A stretch of DNA of 64,000 nucleotides, from NCBI RefSeq assembly GCF_001194135.2, contig NC_068998.1, forward strand, positions 44,282,340 through 44,346,339, read 5' to 3'. This DNA comes from Octopus bimaculoides (taxonomy: Eukaryota). Both the position numbers and the translations under genes were made by a program. A model generated the notes under the pieces. The model did not search any database, was not told the origin of the DNA, and saw nothing but the letters and a program-made list of their open reading frames with translations. Of this stretch, positions 12,733 to 25,700 are shown piece after piece (within the stretch, counting starts at the first letter, position 1; every line of letters starts with the position of its first letter).

Positions 12733-13648
12733 AATATACTATATAGGAACCATTCCTTATTACTTTGATCTGGTAGAAGTTGTTGTTGCAACAACCATCA
12801 GAGGATCTCCAAGATGGGTGAAATCAACACAGTTGATACACTGAATGCTTGGTATACGAAAGTCTATATTCTAGATATAATGCATATTTGATTCATTATA
12901 TACTACATCTATCATATCCTAATTATATTCACCATCAAGAGTGTCTTTATGCAGTGACTTAACCAGTTAGAAATATCTGCCAAATCTTCAACAAAATGCT
13001 TTATGCTATATTTAAAAAGGAATGACAATTAAGCAGTGTAGTTCTAAATGTATAATATCTGGATAAAAGACCAGATGATCAAAGTCAGAATAGTTTGGGT
13101 CAAAGGTCTTTTCGATTCGGTATGTCTAAAGGCTAAACAACAATCAGTAAATAGTAGTGTTAAATTAGATCTTCATTATCTTTCATGTAATCATGGCTGA
13201 TGGTGTTTTATGACAACCATATAGACATTTCATTGTTTTAGGTTTCACAGACCAAGTCTGTTAAATTACAATTAACCAACTTTATTAATCAATGTATTGA
13301 CATATGACACACAATAATGAAAGAACTTTTATTTAGTTTCTTGATCTGGTCATTGTAATGTACATATGTGTGTACATATGTATATTTACTACATCATATA
13401 TACATATATATATATTACACACATACATGCAGACATATGCACACAGACACACACACACAAAGATATGTATACATGCACACATGTCTACGAACACAACTAC
13501 TCAAAACATATAATAAAGTTTACATACTCATTAAAATCTTAGATATGATACTGTTGCTACTCATACTTTTGCATTGCTAGAATTCATGACAATGAGCTTC
13601 AACAAGGGCAAAACATTCCTATCATAAGTAAAATGACAGTGTGTTCAT

Positions 13649-13890
13649 AATAAATAACAGGATAACAGGACAACATGCCCAAAGTAAATAGTAGGACAAC
13701 ATAGTGAGAATAAATAATAGGACAACATGCCCATGATAAATAACTATAGAAGTGTCCTCAATAAATAACAGGACAACAAGCTCATAAATGAAAGGACAGC
13801 ATACTTACAATAAATAATAGGACAACATGCTCAGAATAAATAATAGGACAACATGCTCAGAATAAATAATAGGACAGCATGCCCATAATT
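13649..13890 (+). repeat. Degenerate ~26-bp minisatellite (AATAAATAATAGGACAACATGCTCAG)
   Basis: About 8-9 imperfect units read directly; two adjacent units are perfect. Confidence 0.85.
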
Positions 13891-14252
13891 AATAAAAGAA
13901 ATACTTTATATGAAATAATACTGAGACATGTCTGTCACGTACAATAGGACAACATAATGAAGTTGTTATGCTTAATCAGACTTCAAGTTTGTTAGGGCTA
14001 CAGAGAAATTTGAATCAGAGAACTGTGAGTCAATACTTTCTTCATAGCTCAGCCATTCCTTGCTATTCCTTGCCCTCCCCACCATTTCAAGAATGTGTTT
14101 AACTTGTTCTGTCTAATGCCATTAACTGTCTCTTTCATTACAATACTGAAGCATCATTGTATCGCTTTATTTAAAGAGAGGCGAGCAGATATAAAGATAT
14201 AAAGAAATTTGTCTGTCTTTAAACCCATTTTCAATTGGACATGGACATATGC

Positions 14253-14329
<77 letters not shown>

Positions 14330-15123
14330 CACACATGCACACACATGAGTGTGTCATTATCATTGCAATTTTGGTCTATTTTCTTGTCATCACATTAAAC
14401 AGATTTAAATTTGTCATTAAACGGTGGCATCGAAACCAAGTACAGACATTAAACATTTCTTTGAATTATTATTATTAGAACTAAAGTCTACTTTCAGAGA
14501 GAAACAATTGTGATTAAATGAAATATTTCTTCTAATAAATCTCTTTTTATATAATATTGCAACATATAATAAAATATTTGATGACATACAAAGGAGCAGT
14601 GTAAAGGTAGAATTATTGGTCTCCTGTATTGAAGAATGTATGAACTATGAAGCTATTCATTTATGAACCTGTGTTAGATGGCTTGATCTCCGTACCAAAT
14701 TGAGTTCATCAATTATAAAATGGAATGATTTTTCAAAATATGAAAGTGGTGGATAGTTAGTGTCATAAAAACGGTTGGAGAAGGTGTCCAAATGCAAAAA
14801 TATGTAAACTAGGAAACTGAGAAAGTTCAGTGAGAAAATTAATGGCTGATAGTATAATGGTATATGGCTGTATAGTTGTGTTTATGTATGTGTGCATTTG
14901 TGCTTCTATGTCTAAGTATGTATGTATGTATGTAGTTAGATAGATAGATAGATAGATATAAAGAAGCTTGTTGGCCTCTGGCCAGTGAGGCCATAGGCCA
15001 ACAGCTTTAGGGTCCACTTTATGGGCATGAAATGCAGGGTAACACCTTAAGCCAGCCATATTTATCATTAACTATATATTGTACTTGGAGTGCGCTTTTT
15101 GGGAGGGATTTATGATGTACTGA

Positions 15124-15158
<35 letters not shown>

Positions 15159-15612
15159 NNNNNNNNNNNNNNNNNNNNNNNNNNNNNNNNNNNNNNNNNN
15201 NNNNNNNNNNNNNNNNNNNNNNNNNNNNNNNNNNNNNNNNNNNNNNNNNNNNNNNNNNNNNNNNNNNNNNNNNNNNNNNNNNNNNNNNNNNNNNNNNNNN
15301 NNNNNNNNNNNNNNNNNNNNNNNNNNNNNNNNNNNNNNNNNNNNNNNNNNNNNNNNNNNNNNNNNNNNNNNNNNNNNNNNNNNNNNNNNNNNNNNNNNNN
15401 NNNNNNNNNNNNNNNNNNNNNNNNNNNNNNNNNNNNNNNNNNNNNNNNNNNNNNNNNNNNNNNNNNNNNNNNNNNNNNNNNNNNNNNNNNNNNNNNNNNN
15501 NNNNNNNNNNNNNNNNNNNNNNNNNNNNNNNNNNNNNNNNNNNNNNNNNNNNNNNNNNNNNNNNNNNNNNNNNNNNNNNNNNNNNNNNNNNNNNNNNNNN
15601 NNNNNNNNNNNN

Positions 15613-15663
<51 letters not shown>

Positions 15664-15805
15664 GGTTATGAGTGATAGTGGTGTCAATTAAACCCAGAGG
15701 TTTCAGGTAATGCTGAGCAAGTGCTATGGATAGACCATAGTTAAGCTCTAGGTTCGGTGATTATGTGAATAAGGGATTCAACGTAGGTCATATATCAGCG
15801 TGTGA

Positions 15806-15931
15806 ATATAAGGATTTATTTTTCGTAATGAGATAAAAATCCAAGGCTGTGTGCATTATCGAACATTTATAAATAGGTTCTATAATGCACACAGCCTTAG
15901 TTTTTTATCTTATTACGAAAAAATAAATCCT

Positions 15932-15936
<5 letters not shown>
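15806..15936. mobile_element. Near-perfect ~130-bp palindrome (foldback MITE-like)
   Basis: Arms atataaggatttattttcgtaatgagataaaaatccaaggctgtgtgcattatcgaac and gttctataatgcacacagccttagttttttatcttattacgaaaaaataaatccttatat are reverse complements with a few mismatches and small indels. Confidence 0.85.
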
Positions 15937-15977
<41 letters not shown>

Positions 15978-16139
15978 TGNNNNNNNNNNNNNNNNNNNNN
16001 NNNNNNNNNNNNNNNNNNNNNNNNNNNNNNNNNNNNNNNNNNNNNNNNNNNNNNNNNNNNNNNNNNNNNNNNNNNNNNNATATATATGAGAAAAATTTCT
16101 TACATGTAGGTAAAATATTTCCAAGCATTAAGTAGTCAT

Positions 16140-16310
16140 TTGTACCTCTCCCTGAAAGCTCCTCTAAGACTGGGCAACTAATTCAGCCCCAGCAAATGCT
16201 GGTGCTACTCATTTTCAGTTGAGTGGATTTGGAGTTATGTGAAATAAACACATTGCTCAAGGATACAGTATAGCACCCAAAATCCTAACCACTAAGCCAT
16301 GCACCTTCTC
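16140..16310 (-). mobile_element. SINE group F-type, degenerate
   Basis: gagtggatttggagttatgtgaaataaacacattgctcaagga..cctaaccactaagccatgcacctt matches the group F core and head (reverse complement). Confidence 0.6.
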
Positions 16311-17562
16311 AAACCATTACCAGCACCACTTCTATCACCCCCTTGACCATATCACTGCTACAACAACAATCATTACTTCCACAGTTATAACCACCACCAT
16401 CATCCTTACCACTACTCCTGCCACTCTTCTTCACGGCTGACGCATCTTCCGTCATCATATATAAGCTATGATTGATTTGAATTAGGTTAGAAGACAGTGT
16501 CATTAATTATGCTCATTAAGACTGTACTTTAAACCACCCATACCTCATACCAACCAACCAACCATTAAGCCACAGCTTTATGGGGCCAGTAAGAAATCCA
16601 CATGCAGGATTATTCTGCTTCATTGCTGAGCTGATTTGAAATTAGCATTGTATGATACAAACTTGATACAGTGGGACTAAATAAAAGGTAGCTGGTTGAT
16701 AGCAAGAACTTTGACCATAGGTTTCTTGGATTAGTACTGACAGAGATAATAATAATAGTAGTTACTTCTGAATGATTGTAATTCCTAATGTTGTAAATTA
16801 AAACCAGTCAAAGCCAATCAACATAGTCACATTGATATTTTCGCCACCACCCTAACACCTAGCTTGTTCACCAGTTACTTCATCAGAGCATGTCACTTCT
16901 ACCATTTTAGACCAGAGTTAGATCACATAAGTTATACTGTTAGGTAAGGCTGTGTAGTTAAGAAATCCACTTCCTGACCATAAGAGCATAGAAAGTGAAT
17001 TTGATGGACAGAAACTCTTAAAGCCCATCATGTACAGTTGTGAGTATTCAATAAGGTTTGTATATCAATTAAGGCTGTCTCAATCTATAGAGAAATAGTT
17101 AAATTTGCCCTGTTTATATCTACTGTCCTGGTTGTATATAATGAAAGTAGGGTAAAATCCAAGCTGAATCCACTTGAAGCCCATATTTATCCAACATGTA
17201 CAACCTTGTGATTCTTATTTGCAAATGAAACATCAGCAACTGTGAATAAATAATACCGAAGAATTTTCAAACTTTCTGTTTTGTTATAGGTTATGTGTGT
17301 GTGTGTGTTACGTTTGCATTATGTAAACTGATACAAGCAGTGTTATTCAACAAACCATTTCCTTGCTTCATACTTTCAAAGACATGTGAAATAAAAGACT
17401 CCTTGCTTGAAAAGCAGTTGAGGGTTAGTGACAGGAAGAGCATCTGGCTGTAAAATCTTGCTCAGTAATCTGGCTCAGTAACAAATTATTCTTTTGTACA
17501 TGCATATATACAAACATATGCACACACACACACACATGCACACACACACACATACACACACA

Positions 17563-17602
<40 letters not shown>

Positions 17603-17679
17603 CACACACACATTGTCCCATTGACAGGATTTGAACTCAAAATGGCATTTTGTCTAACACTCTCCTGAACATAAAATTG

Positions 17680-17895
17680 GTTTCAAATTTTGGAACAAGG
17701 CCCGTAGATTTGGTGGAAGGACTAAGTCGATTAAATCAACCCCAGTGTTCAGCTGGTACTTATTTCATAGACCCCAGAAAGATAAAAGGCAAAGGTGACC
17801 CCAGAAAAATTTGAACTCATAACATAAAGACAAAAAAAAATTGCCTCTGAGCATTTTGCCCAGTTTGCAAACAAGTCTGCCAATTTGCTGCCTTT
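17680..17895 (-). mobile_element. SINE group B
   Basis: aaccccagtgttcagctggtacttattt..aaaggcaaaggtgacc..aatttgaactc..gagcattttgccc. Confidence 0.75.
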
Positions 17896-19839
17896 CTATT
17901 GAACATACTACTAACATGCTATATTCATATTATTCAAAGTATCATATTGTAATGTTTCTCCTCATTTCATTATCATTTATCCAGCTATTAAATATAAATT
18001 TATACAAAATAAAACATCAAGAGTGCAATTAAGTAATCATTATTGTCTAATTGACTGCATCAAGCTTAATGAACAGAGATCACTGTTTATAAACTAGAAT
18101 GTTGCTCTGAATATAAATAAACAAAAGATAAATGTTATATTTTTACTCTTACAATTCTTTATGAATGTGATTATCATTATTATTATTTATTATTATTATT
18201 ATTATAATTATTATTATTATTATTATTATTACTACAACAACTACTACTACTACTATTATTATTATTATTATTATTATTACTATAGAACAAAGCTCATTAT
18301 CCAACAAACAAATGTCAGACAAATTTCATTTGTTTTTGTTTTGAAATTGTTGGCAATGTCAAAAAGACACCATTTTGATTATTATCTCTTAGAAAAATTT
18401 CCAATGCAAAACAATGAATATGTTTCCTTACAAAGCCTATTTAACCTTTTAATATGCTACCAGCAACACCGGCTTTCTATAATGTCTTATGTTATTCTGA
18501 TTTGTTGTTATGCCTATTATATTATTCATATTCTCTCTATTATTGTTGTTCATTCATAAGTGATTTGTGATTTTTGCCCTTTTCCCTATTCTCTCATGTA
18601 ACTTCAAATGTTTAAGCAATCAAATAATTTAGGTATTCATTCGTAATGCACCACAGATCTGGAAACAATATAGTATTGTTGGCATGAATGATTGTTAGCT
18701 ATATGATATATTGTAATATAACACAACATGGGATATGATGTAATAAGATAGCAAAGTAAAGGTTAATATTTCATCAATTTTTAATTATTTTTTCTTTGAA
18801 ATCTTTATCTAAAGATCAGAATATTGTTTTACTAAATATGATTATTATAGATTCAGTTGTTGATCATATTTCTTTTATCTAATAATAATTGTTATTATTG
18901 TTATGTATTTTTTTTAATGTTTTTCCTTCAAAATGTCATAGAATTGAAATTGTTTCTTTAATTATGTAATTAAACTATGAAATATTGTAAGCAATCAGTC
19001 TTTCAGTTTTCAACAAAGTTCTTGAATTGTAGTTTCAAGATTACAATTTTTGAGAACTATCAACCACATCTTCAGTATATAGACTGATCATATTTATGTC
19101 AATGCCATATTGCAATTGGCTTGATGTCTTATTGTAGGGACTGATATCTATATCTATGTTATATTTCAATTAGCTTGATGCTTTATTGCAAGGACTATTT
19201 ATAATAATAGTAATATTTTGTAATAATATTTTTTCTTGTTATACCCGTTATAATTGGAGGATTTGTTAACTGATTAGTTCCCTTAATATTAGGTGCCCCA
19301 GGTATAGCATTCCCACGAATAAATAATATAAGTTTTTGACTTTTACCTCCCTCCCTTACTCTATTATTATCCTCAGCTGCAGTGGAAAGAGGTGTAGGAA
19401 CTGGATGAACTGTTTACCCTCCTCTATGCAATATTTCAGCTGGCTTTGTGTTAATGAACAGCTCATGTACACGCCCAACAGATAAGGCCCTGAGGGTGAT
19501 CAAAGATCAAACTGATAGCGATGTAGTGTAAATATATTGTAAATCAACGCAAGAAATATATAGTTAAGGGTTTAAAAATCCTGAAAATTATAACTACTAG
19601 AAAAACAATTCATTTCATACATCTCAACATCTAAATTTGAATTGATGATAAAGTCATTATGTGGTTATTCAATCTGTTAGAAATAGCAGTCGAATTGCCT
19701 TCACATCAAATCCTACCATCTTGTAAAAGAAAAGGATACATTAAAAAATACAAATTTGATATCCTTAAAAAAAAAAACAAAAGGGTCATAACTAGCATGC
19801 CTTTGATCGTAAATCTTCTTGGGAAAGGTTTATCTAGGG

Positions 19840-20050
19840 CAGTGATTCTCAACCATTTTTTTTTTCTCATGGACCCCTTTGATTCTAATTTTACTCTACA
19901 GGACCCCTATAAGAAATCATATTGTATATTTTGATACTTAAAAATTCTTAGAAATTCTGTAAAAAGAAATTGTTAAAATATGTTGAGTTTTATAGAAGTA
20001 TAACCAATTTATTGTACAACAGCAAAATCTCATATGGACCCCCAAGAGTA
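19840..20050 (+). mobile_element. hAT/Charlie-like MITE, right end lost in gap
   Basis: tctaggg|CAGTGATTCTCAACCATTTTT start with repeated ggacccc motifs typical of hAT-Charlie MITEs. Confidence 0.55.
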
Positions 20051-21291
20051 ATATGCACATACCCCCCCCCCCNNNNNNNNNNNNNNNNNNNNNNNNNNNN
20101 NNNNNNNNNNNNNNNNNNNNNNNNNGGGTCTTTTCCCCCACCTCATCCCATTGTGAACCACAAATCTATAGAAAAACAAAGCAACAACAGATACTGAAAT
20201 TAGTTCACTACAACCGCTACTCTTCCTCTCCCCACTGGTTCTATGGTAACCTTCATCTTTTCTTTCCCTGCCCGCTCTTGCTGCATTCACTCACTGAATC
20301 TTCCCCTCTTCCTCATTTTCTTCTTACAGTCCTCTCCCAACAGCTCTACTACCATCTTAACACCTCTCATCTCTCTATCACTGGCCGACCTCCATGACCC
20401 CTATCCCTACATCTCACCACCCCAACAATCTCTCTCTTTCATCTTACTTTTCCTTCACACTTTGAATTCATATTTACCCCCACCCCCACCCAAAATAGTC
20501 CTAGAATGGCCCTAGANNNNNNNNNNNNNNNNNNNNNNNNNNNNNNNNNNNNNNNNNNNNNNNNNNNNNNNNNNCCCCCCGGGTCTCTCCTATTTTTACA
20601 ATCCTATCTCTAACCCCTTTATCTCGTTCCTCAATAGCAGCCATTTTGTTACTCTCTCCACAACTTCCTCCCCTTGGCAATCAATCTATTCCTCTCTTTA
20701 TACTTCACCCTCTTTCATCACCTTCTCTTGAATCGTTGCATAGAACTTTATTCTGTTCTTCTTCAGTTATGGGGGCCACTATCAAACTGTTTAACCATCC
20801 AACTCATGCCAACATGTAAAACAAATATAAAATGACGATGATGACAGTGATGATGATGATAAACATTAATTTATTAATAATTCTATATTGTTGATATTAT
20901 TTTAATGTGCGATCACAAATGGTCTTGAGAAAGCCTTGATTCTCACTCAAACATCATTTCTTGGAGACAGTATTAGTTTTTGTACATAAGCAGCAAAAAA
21001 GCTGCTCTTCTCTCAATTTTCCAAAGATGGAAACTATGGCATTCATGTGTGAGAAAGCCCTTTTATTATATTAATTTACAATTGTTTCATTGAAATTCAA
21101 TCTCATGAATATTGTTATATTATGCAAATATATATACAACAATTTATTCATGAGATTTTGGACACAATTCATCAGAGAATTTTATACATAATTCTTCCAT
21201 AAATATATAAATTATACATATCTATTACACACATATATATATGTATGAATACATGTATATATACATACATGTGTGCATGTATGTCAGTGTG

Positions 21292-21354
<63 letters not shown>

Positions 21355-21890
21355 NNNNNNNNNNNNNNNNNNNNNNNNNNNNNNNNNNNNNNNNNNNNNN
21401 NNNNNNNNNNNNNNNNNNNNNNNNNNNNNNNNNNNNNNNNNNNNNNNNNNNNNNNNNNNNNNNNNNNNNNNNNNNNNNNNNNNNNNNNNNNNNNNNNNNN
21501 NNNNNNNNNNNNNNNNNNNNNNNNNNNNNNNNNNNNNNNNNNNNNNNNNNNNNNNNNNNNNNNNNNNNNNNNNNNNNNNNNNNNNNNNNNNNNNNNNNNN
21601 NNNNNNNNNNNNNNNNNNNNNNNNNNNNNNNNNNNNNNNNNNNNNNNNNNNNNNNNNNNNNNNNNNNNNNNNNNNNNNNNNNNNNNNNNNNNNNNNNNNN
21701 NNNNNNNNNNNNNNNNNNNNNNNNNNNNNNNNNNNNNNNNNNNNNNNNNNNNNNNNNNNNNNNNNNNNNNNNNNNNNNNNNNNNNNNNNNNNNNNNNNNN
21801 NNNNNNNNNNNNNNNNNNNNNNNNNNNNNNNNNNNNNNNNNNNNNNNNNNNNNNNNNNNNNNNNNNNNNNNNNNNNNNNNNNNNNNNNNN

Positions 21891-21932
<42 letters not shown>

Positions 21933-22290
21933 CAATCACTACTGCAGCTTCAGAATAAAAAAGAAAATAAAAGCATTTGGCTTTATGGGCAAAGTTCTAT
22001 ATATCAGGTTAGACACTCCCTTGTCTCTCGCATCATTGAAAATATAGTAAGCCAATGATTGGTCTATTGGAAAGCTAGAACTATCAATAGTATTGATCAC
22101 AAATTGTGATATGATATGAAATGAAATAATAAATGCAGAAGTAACATTGTTTTGAAGCTGTTACTGTCTATTCTGAAGTAAAGTATTTGTGAACATTTGT
22201 GGTAGAAACAATATGGCTGTTTGTACATTATCTACCTTATAAGGACCTGGGAAAGAAGGAATGAGCTACTGATTATGAATATTCAAATAT

Positions 22291-22517
22291 TTAACCCTTT
22301 AGCATTCAGATTACTTTGCCAAATGTAATGCTTATTTATTTGTATGATTTTGAATTAATTATGCATTATTTCATAGCTTTGAGATTTTGATGATGTATGT
22401 ATATATTTTAAGAATAACATTGTAGGTAGGTGTGAGAGACAGGATCTGACTTGTTTAAACGTAAAACAGGCCAGATATTTGGGACTGGTATGGCCGGTCT
22501 AAATGCTTAAGGGTTAA
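22291..22517. mobile_element. TTAA-flanked piggyBac-like MITE, family M1 (best copy)
   Basis: TTAA-CCCTTTAGCATT ... AATGCTTAAGGG-TTAA terminal inverted repeats. Confidence 0.88.
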
Positions 22518-22622
22518 AGTTGGAAAATCAAACATGTTATTTTGTACTTAATCAGTAAAAGCTAGGACAAGCTGAGTTCATGATCCAATGTAAAATACAA
22601 TGGGTTATTATTATTATTATTT

Positions 22623-22851
22623 TTATAGACGAATGTTGAGGTGATTTGACCACATGAAGAGGATGGATGAGGAGTGGATGGTAAGGAGGAGGATGAAGGT
22701 AGAAGTGGTGGGCAGCAGAACCAGAGGCAGACCTTGGTTTGTGTGGTTGGATAGAGTGAGGAAAGCTTTGGTGGTCAGAGGTGTTGGATTAAGAGAGGCA
22801 AGAGAGTTTAGAAATGATAGCAAAGCTTGGAGAGCATTTGTGGTTGGATGA
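22623..22851 (+). pseudogene. 3' end of RTE-clade LINE ORF2 (reverse-transcriptase ORF C-terminal remnant)
   Basis: Translates RRMLR*FDHMKRMDEEWMVRRRMKVEVVGSRTRGRPWFVWLDRVRKAL..REAREFRNDSKAWRAFV, matching the RTE C-terminal pattern LRWFGHVxRM..G.R.RGRP..W.D.V; the W codon of LRWF is TGA. Confidence 0.8.
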
Positions 22852-23412
22852 ATGAATTTAATGTTGCTCAAAGGAGTACAAAACCAGCATGATGCAGCAG
22901 ATACTGTCGGGCCACACTACTGATATTAGTGATTACGTTCNNNNNNNNNNNNNNNNNNNNNNNNNNNNNNNNNNNNNNNNNNNNNNNNNNNNNNNNNNNN
23001 NNNNNNNNNNNNNNNNNNNNNNNNNNNNNNNNNNNNNNNNNNNNNNNNNNNNNNNNNNNNNNNNNNNNNNNNNNNNNNNNNNNNNNNNNNNNNNNNNNNN
23101 NNNNNNNNNNNNNNNNNNNNNNNNNNNNNNNNNNNNNNNNNNNNNNNNNNNNNNNNNNNNNNNNNNNNNNNNNNNNNNNNNNNNNNNNNNNNNNNNNNNN
23201 NNNNNNNNNNNNNNNNNNNNNNNNNNNNNNNNNNNNNNNNNNNNNNNNNNNNNNNNNNNNNNNNNNNNNNNNNNNNNNNNNNNNNNNNNNNNNNNNNNNN
23301 NNNNNNNNNNNNNNNNNNNNNNNNNNNNNNNNNNNNNNNNNNNNNNNNNNNNNNNNNNNNNNNNNNNNNNNNNNNNNNNNNNNNNNNNNNNNNNNNNNNN
23401 NNNNNNNNNNNN

Positions 23413-23505
23413 GGGGGGGACACATACGCCATAGAAACCGGGAAACCAGGCCCATGAGCCTGGCTAGGCTTTAAAAGGGCACATAAATAAAAAATAAATA
23501 AATAA
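23413..23505 (+). mobile_element. 3' tail of a retroposon (rest in gap)
   Basis: catacgccatagaaaccgggaaaccagcccatgagcctggctaggctttaaaagggc followed by an (AAAT)n tail. Confidence 0.5.
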
Positions 23506-23536
23506 AATATATATATTATTTAGTGTGAGTAAGACA

Positions 23537-24230
23537 GTGAACTAGTAAAATTGTTAGCATGCTAGACAGAATGCTTAGCAACATTTTGTCTGTATTTACC
23601 TTGTGAGTTCAAATACTGCCAAGGTCGACTTTGCCTTTCATCCTTTTGGAATCGATAAAATAAATAACAGTTCAGCACTAGGGGAAATGTCATTTACTAA
23701 CCCCAACCCTCAAAAATTTCGTGCTAAAATTTGGAATACTTGTTTAGTGTAAAGCAATGAGCTGGTATGATAGACAAAATGCTCAGCAGCATGTCTTCTG
23801 GCTTTATGTTCTGCATTCAGATTCCACCAACATCGATTTTGTCTTTCATCCTTTCAGGGTCACTGAAACAAATACCAGTCAGACACTAGGGCCAATGTAA
23901 TCAAATTGCCCCTCTAATGAAAAAAAAAAGAAAACGCTGGCCTTGTGCCAAAATTAGAAAGTATTATTTAGTGTAAGTGGATCAATAAAATAAAGTACTG
24001 GGTAGATAAAAATAAAGTACCAGTGAATCTCAGGGGCTGGAAGTATCATTTAGTGAAAGCGTGGTTTAGCAGACTTTAATTAGAATCAATGTCTAGTTGT
24101 TAGTTTTGTCTCTCAACATTCTAAGTTGACTCCTGCCAGGAGTTGGTAAAATAAGCATCTGTCAACCACTGAAGCTGGTTTAATCAGCAGTTCCCTCTCC
24201 CAAAATCTGTAGCCACATGTGTAAATTAGA
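23537..24230 (+). mobile_element. Cluster of three degenerate group B SINE copies in the same orientation
   Basis: Repeated gagttcaaat..gtcgactttgcctttcatcc..ataaaataa..ccag modules at about 23540, 23750 and 24040. Confidence 0.65.
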
Positions 24231-24234
24231 AAAC

Positions 24235-25700
24235 AATTTTTTTATTATCAGAGATTGGAGTCTGTATTCACAGCTCTTGCAGGTCCTTCCACATGTTGAG
24301 AATAATGTCTGATGCAGTTTACGGTCAGCTTGAATTGAAAAGCTGTATTTTTTATCAAAATAGTTTCTCAGAAGTGAATGGGATTTCAGGAGGGGTTGTA
24401 GGGCTCAGCTATGTCAACAAAAGTTAACAATTGTTCAGAATATTTTTTCTCTCTATCAGGCGACTCTACATTGTTCAGGTGAAGTAATATAAATATATTT
24501 ATCACAACTTTCATTTTTCCTACCCTAGACACTGAAGCCTTCATAATCAGTTATTGACACCTTTTCCAGACCTCTAGAAAGTGGAAGTATTGTGACAAAT
24601 CTTTTCCTAAGAGCGTGCATTGTTCTCTTACATATGGCTGATTTTAAGATTATTTTCTTCTCCAGATAGGCATAATAATAACAACAAATGAAGTTGCAGA
24701 GTGAATAAGTAGATGTGAAAGCCTGTATTGCAACATTTGTGCTAATGGCTTTATGCATTAATAAATACAGAGACACACTGCAATTTATATCATCATATGA
24801 AGCAAAGCCTTAATCACTCAGAAGAGTTTTGGAAATTGTCCGATAGTTGAACTGATCTGCGAGTATACTTATCTTGTAGAACACTTAACAGATATGGAGA
24901 GTAAGTAATAATGATATTCAGCTGGAACCTTCAATGTTCTAAAATTTTTTGTGATATGTAAGATAGGAAAGTACCAAGATCAAATGTTAGCTTTGATATT
25001 TTATTTGCTGAAAGATCTTAGATAATGTTTTGTGTCTGTGTTAAATTCGATTAACTCACAACGTATAATGTCGGTTGGTCTCAAACTTCGGAGTAATTAT
25101 TAGATATAGTGATTAAAGAAAACATCAGATAAAACCCAGAGAGAGTTATGGCATTTGATTATTATGAAATATAATAGTACTGACCATTGCAGCTACGAAG
25201 GACTGACAGCCCATAGGATTCATCTTCTTTCAACTTTGTAGTCTTTCTGACCTGGCTAATCTGTCTTATACAAGTGAGGCTCAGAGATGTTATTGCTGTT
25301 GGTTTCAACAATTTTTATGTCATTAATCTGATATAGCTGGTTGCAGACATTGAACACTTTCGTGATCTCATGAGAAGAATAAGCTGACATAAGTCACCCC
25401 CAGATCTATGTTTGCCTTACTAGATGATTTGAAATGGAAGTTAATGTATCAAATGTTTTAACTTCATAGTACTCCAACTCCTAATGAATCAGTTGTACCT
25501 ATATTTAATACTTATTTACATCTAGGTGGAGTGAATCATTATTGACTAGAATGCCATTCATCCCCAGGGAACAGATAACAATCAGCAACTTCTGAGGTGT
25601 TATTCTGTAACTGTCCCCAAGTTGAACATGGTTCATTATGTAAGGTAAAATTAGTTGCATAGAACCCCTTGTCATGAGTTCAGATTTTACTGTTGTCATT
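24235..25700 (-). pseudogene. Heavily decayed RTE-like LINE ORF2 remnant
   Basis: Minus strand near 24250-24300 reads STCGRTCKS..(RI)RLQS, resembling the RTE C-terminal CGRxCxSRIGLxSH knuckle, preceded by PTTPPEIPFT; the upstream extent is a guess. Confidence 0.45.

Noticed and set aside
19015-19075. Fourth hammerhead candidate (tttc..tcttcag)
   Set aside because: The GAAA side is imperfect and no helix II forms between the two core halves.
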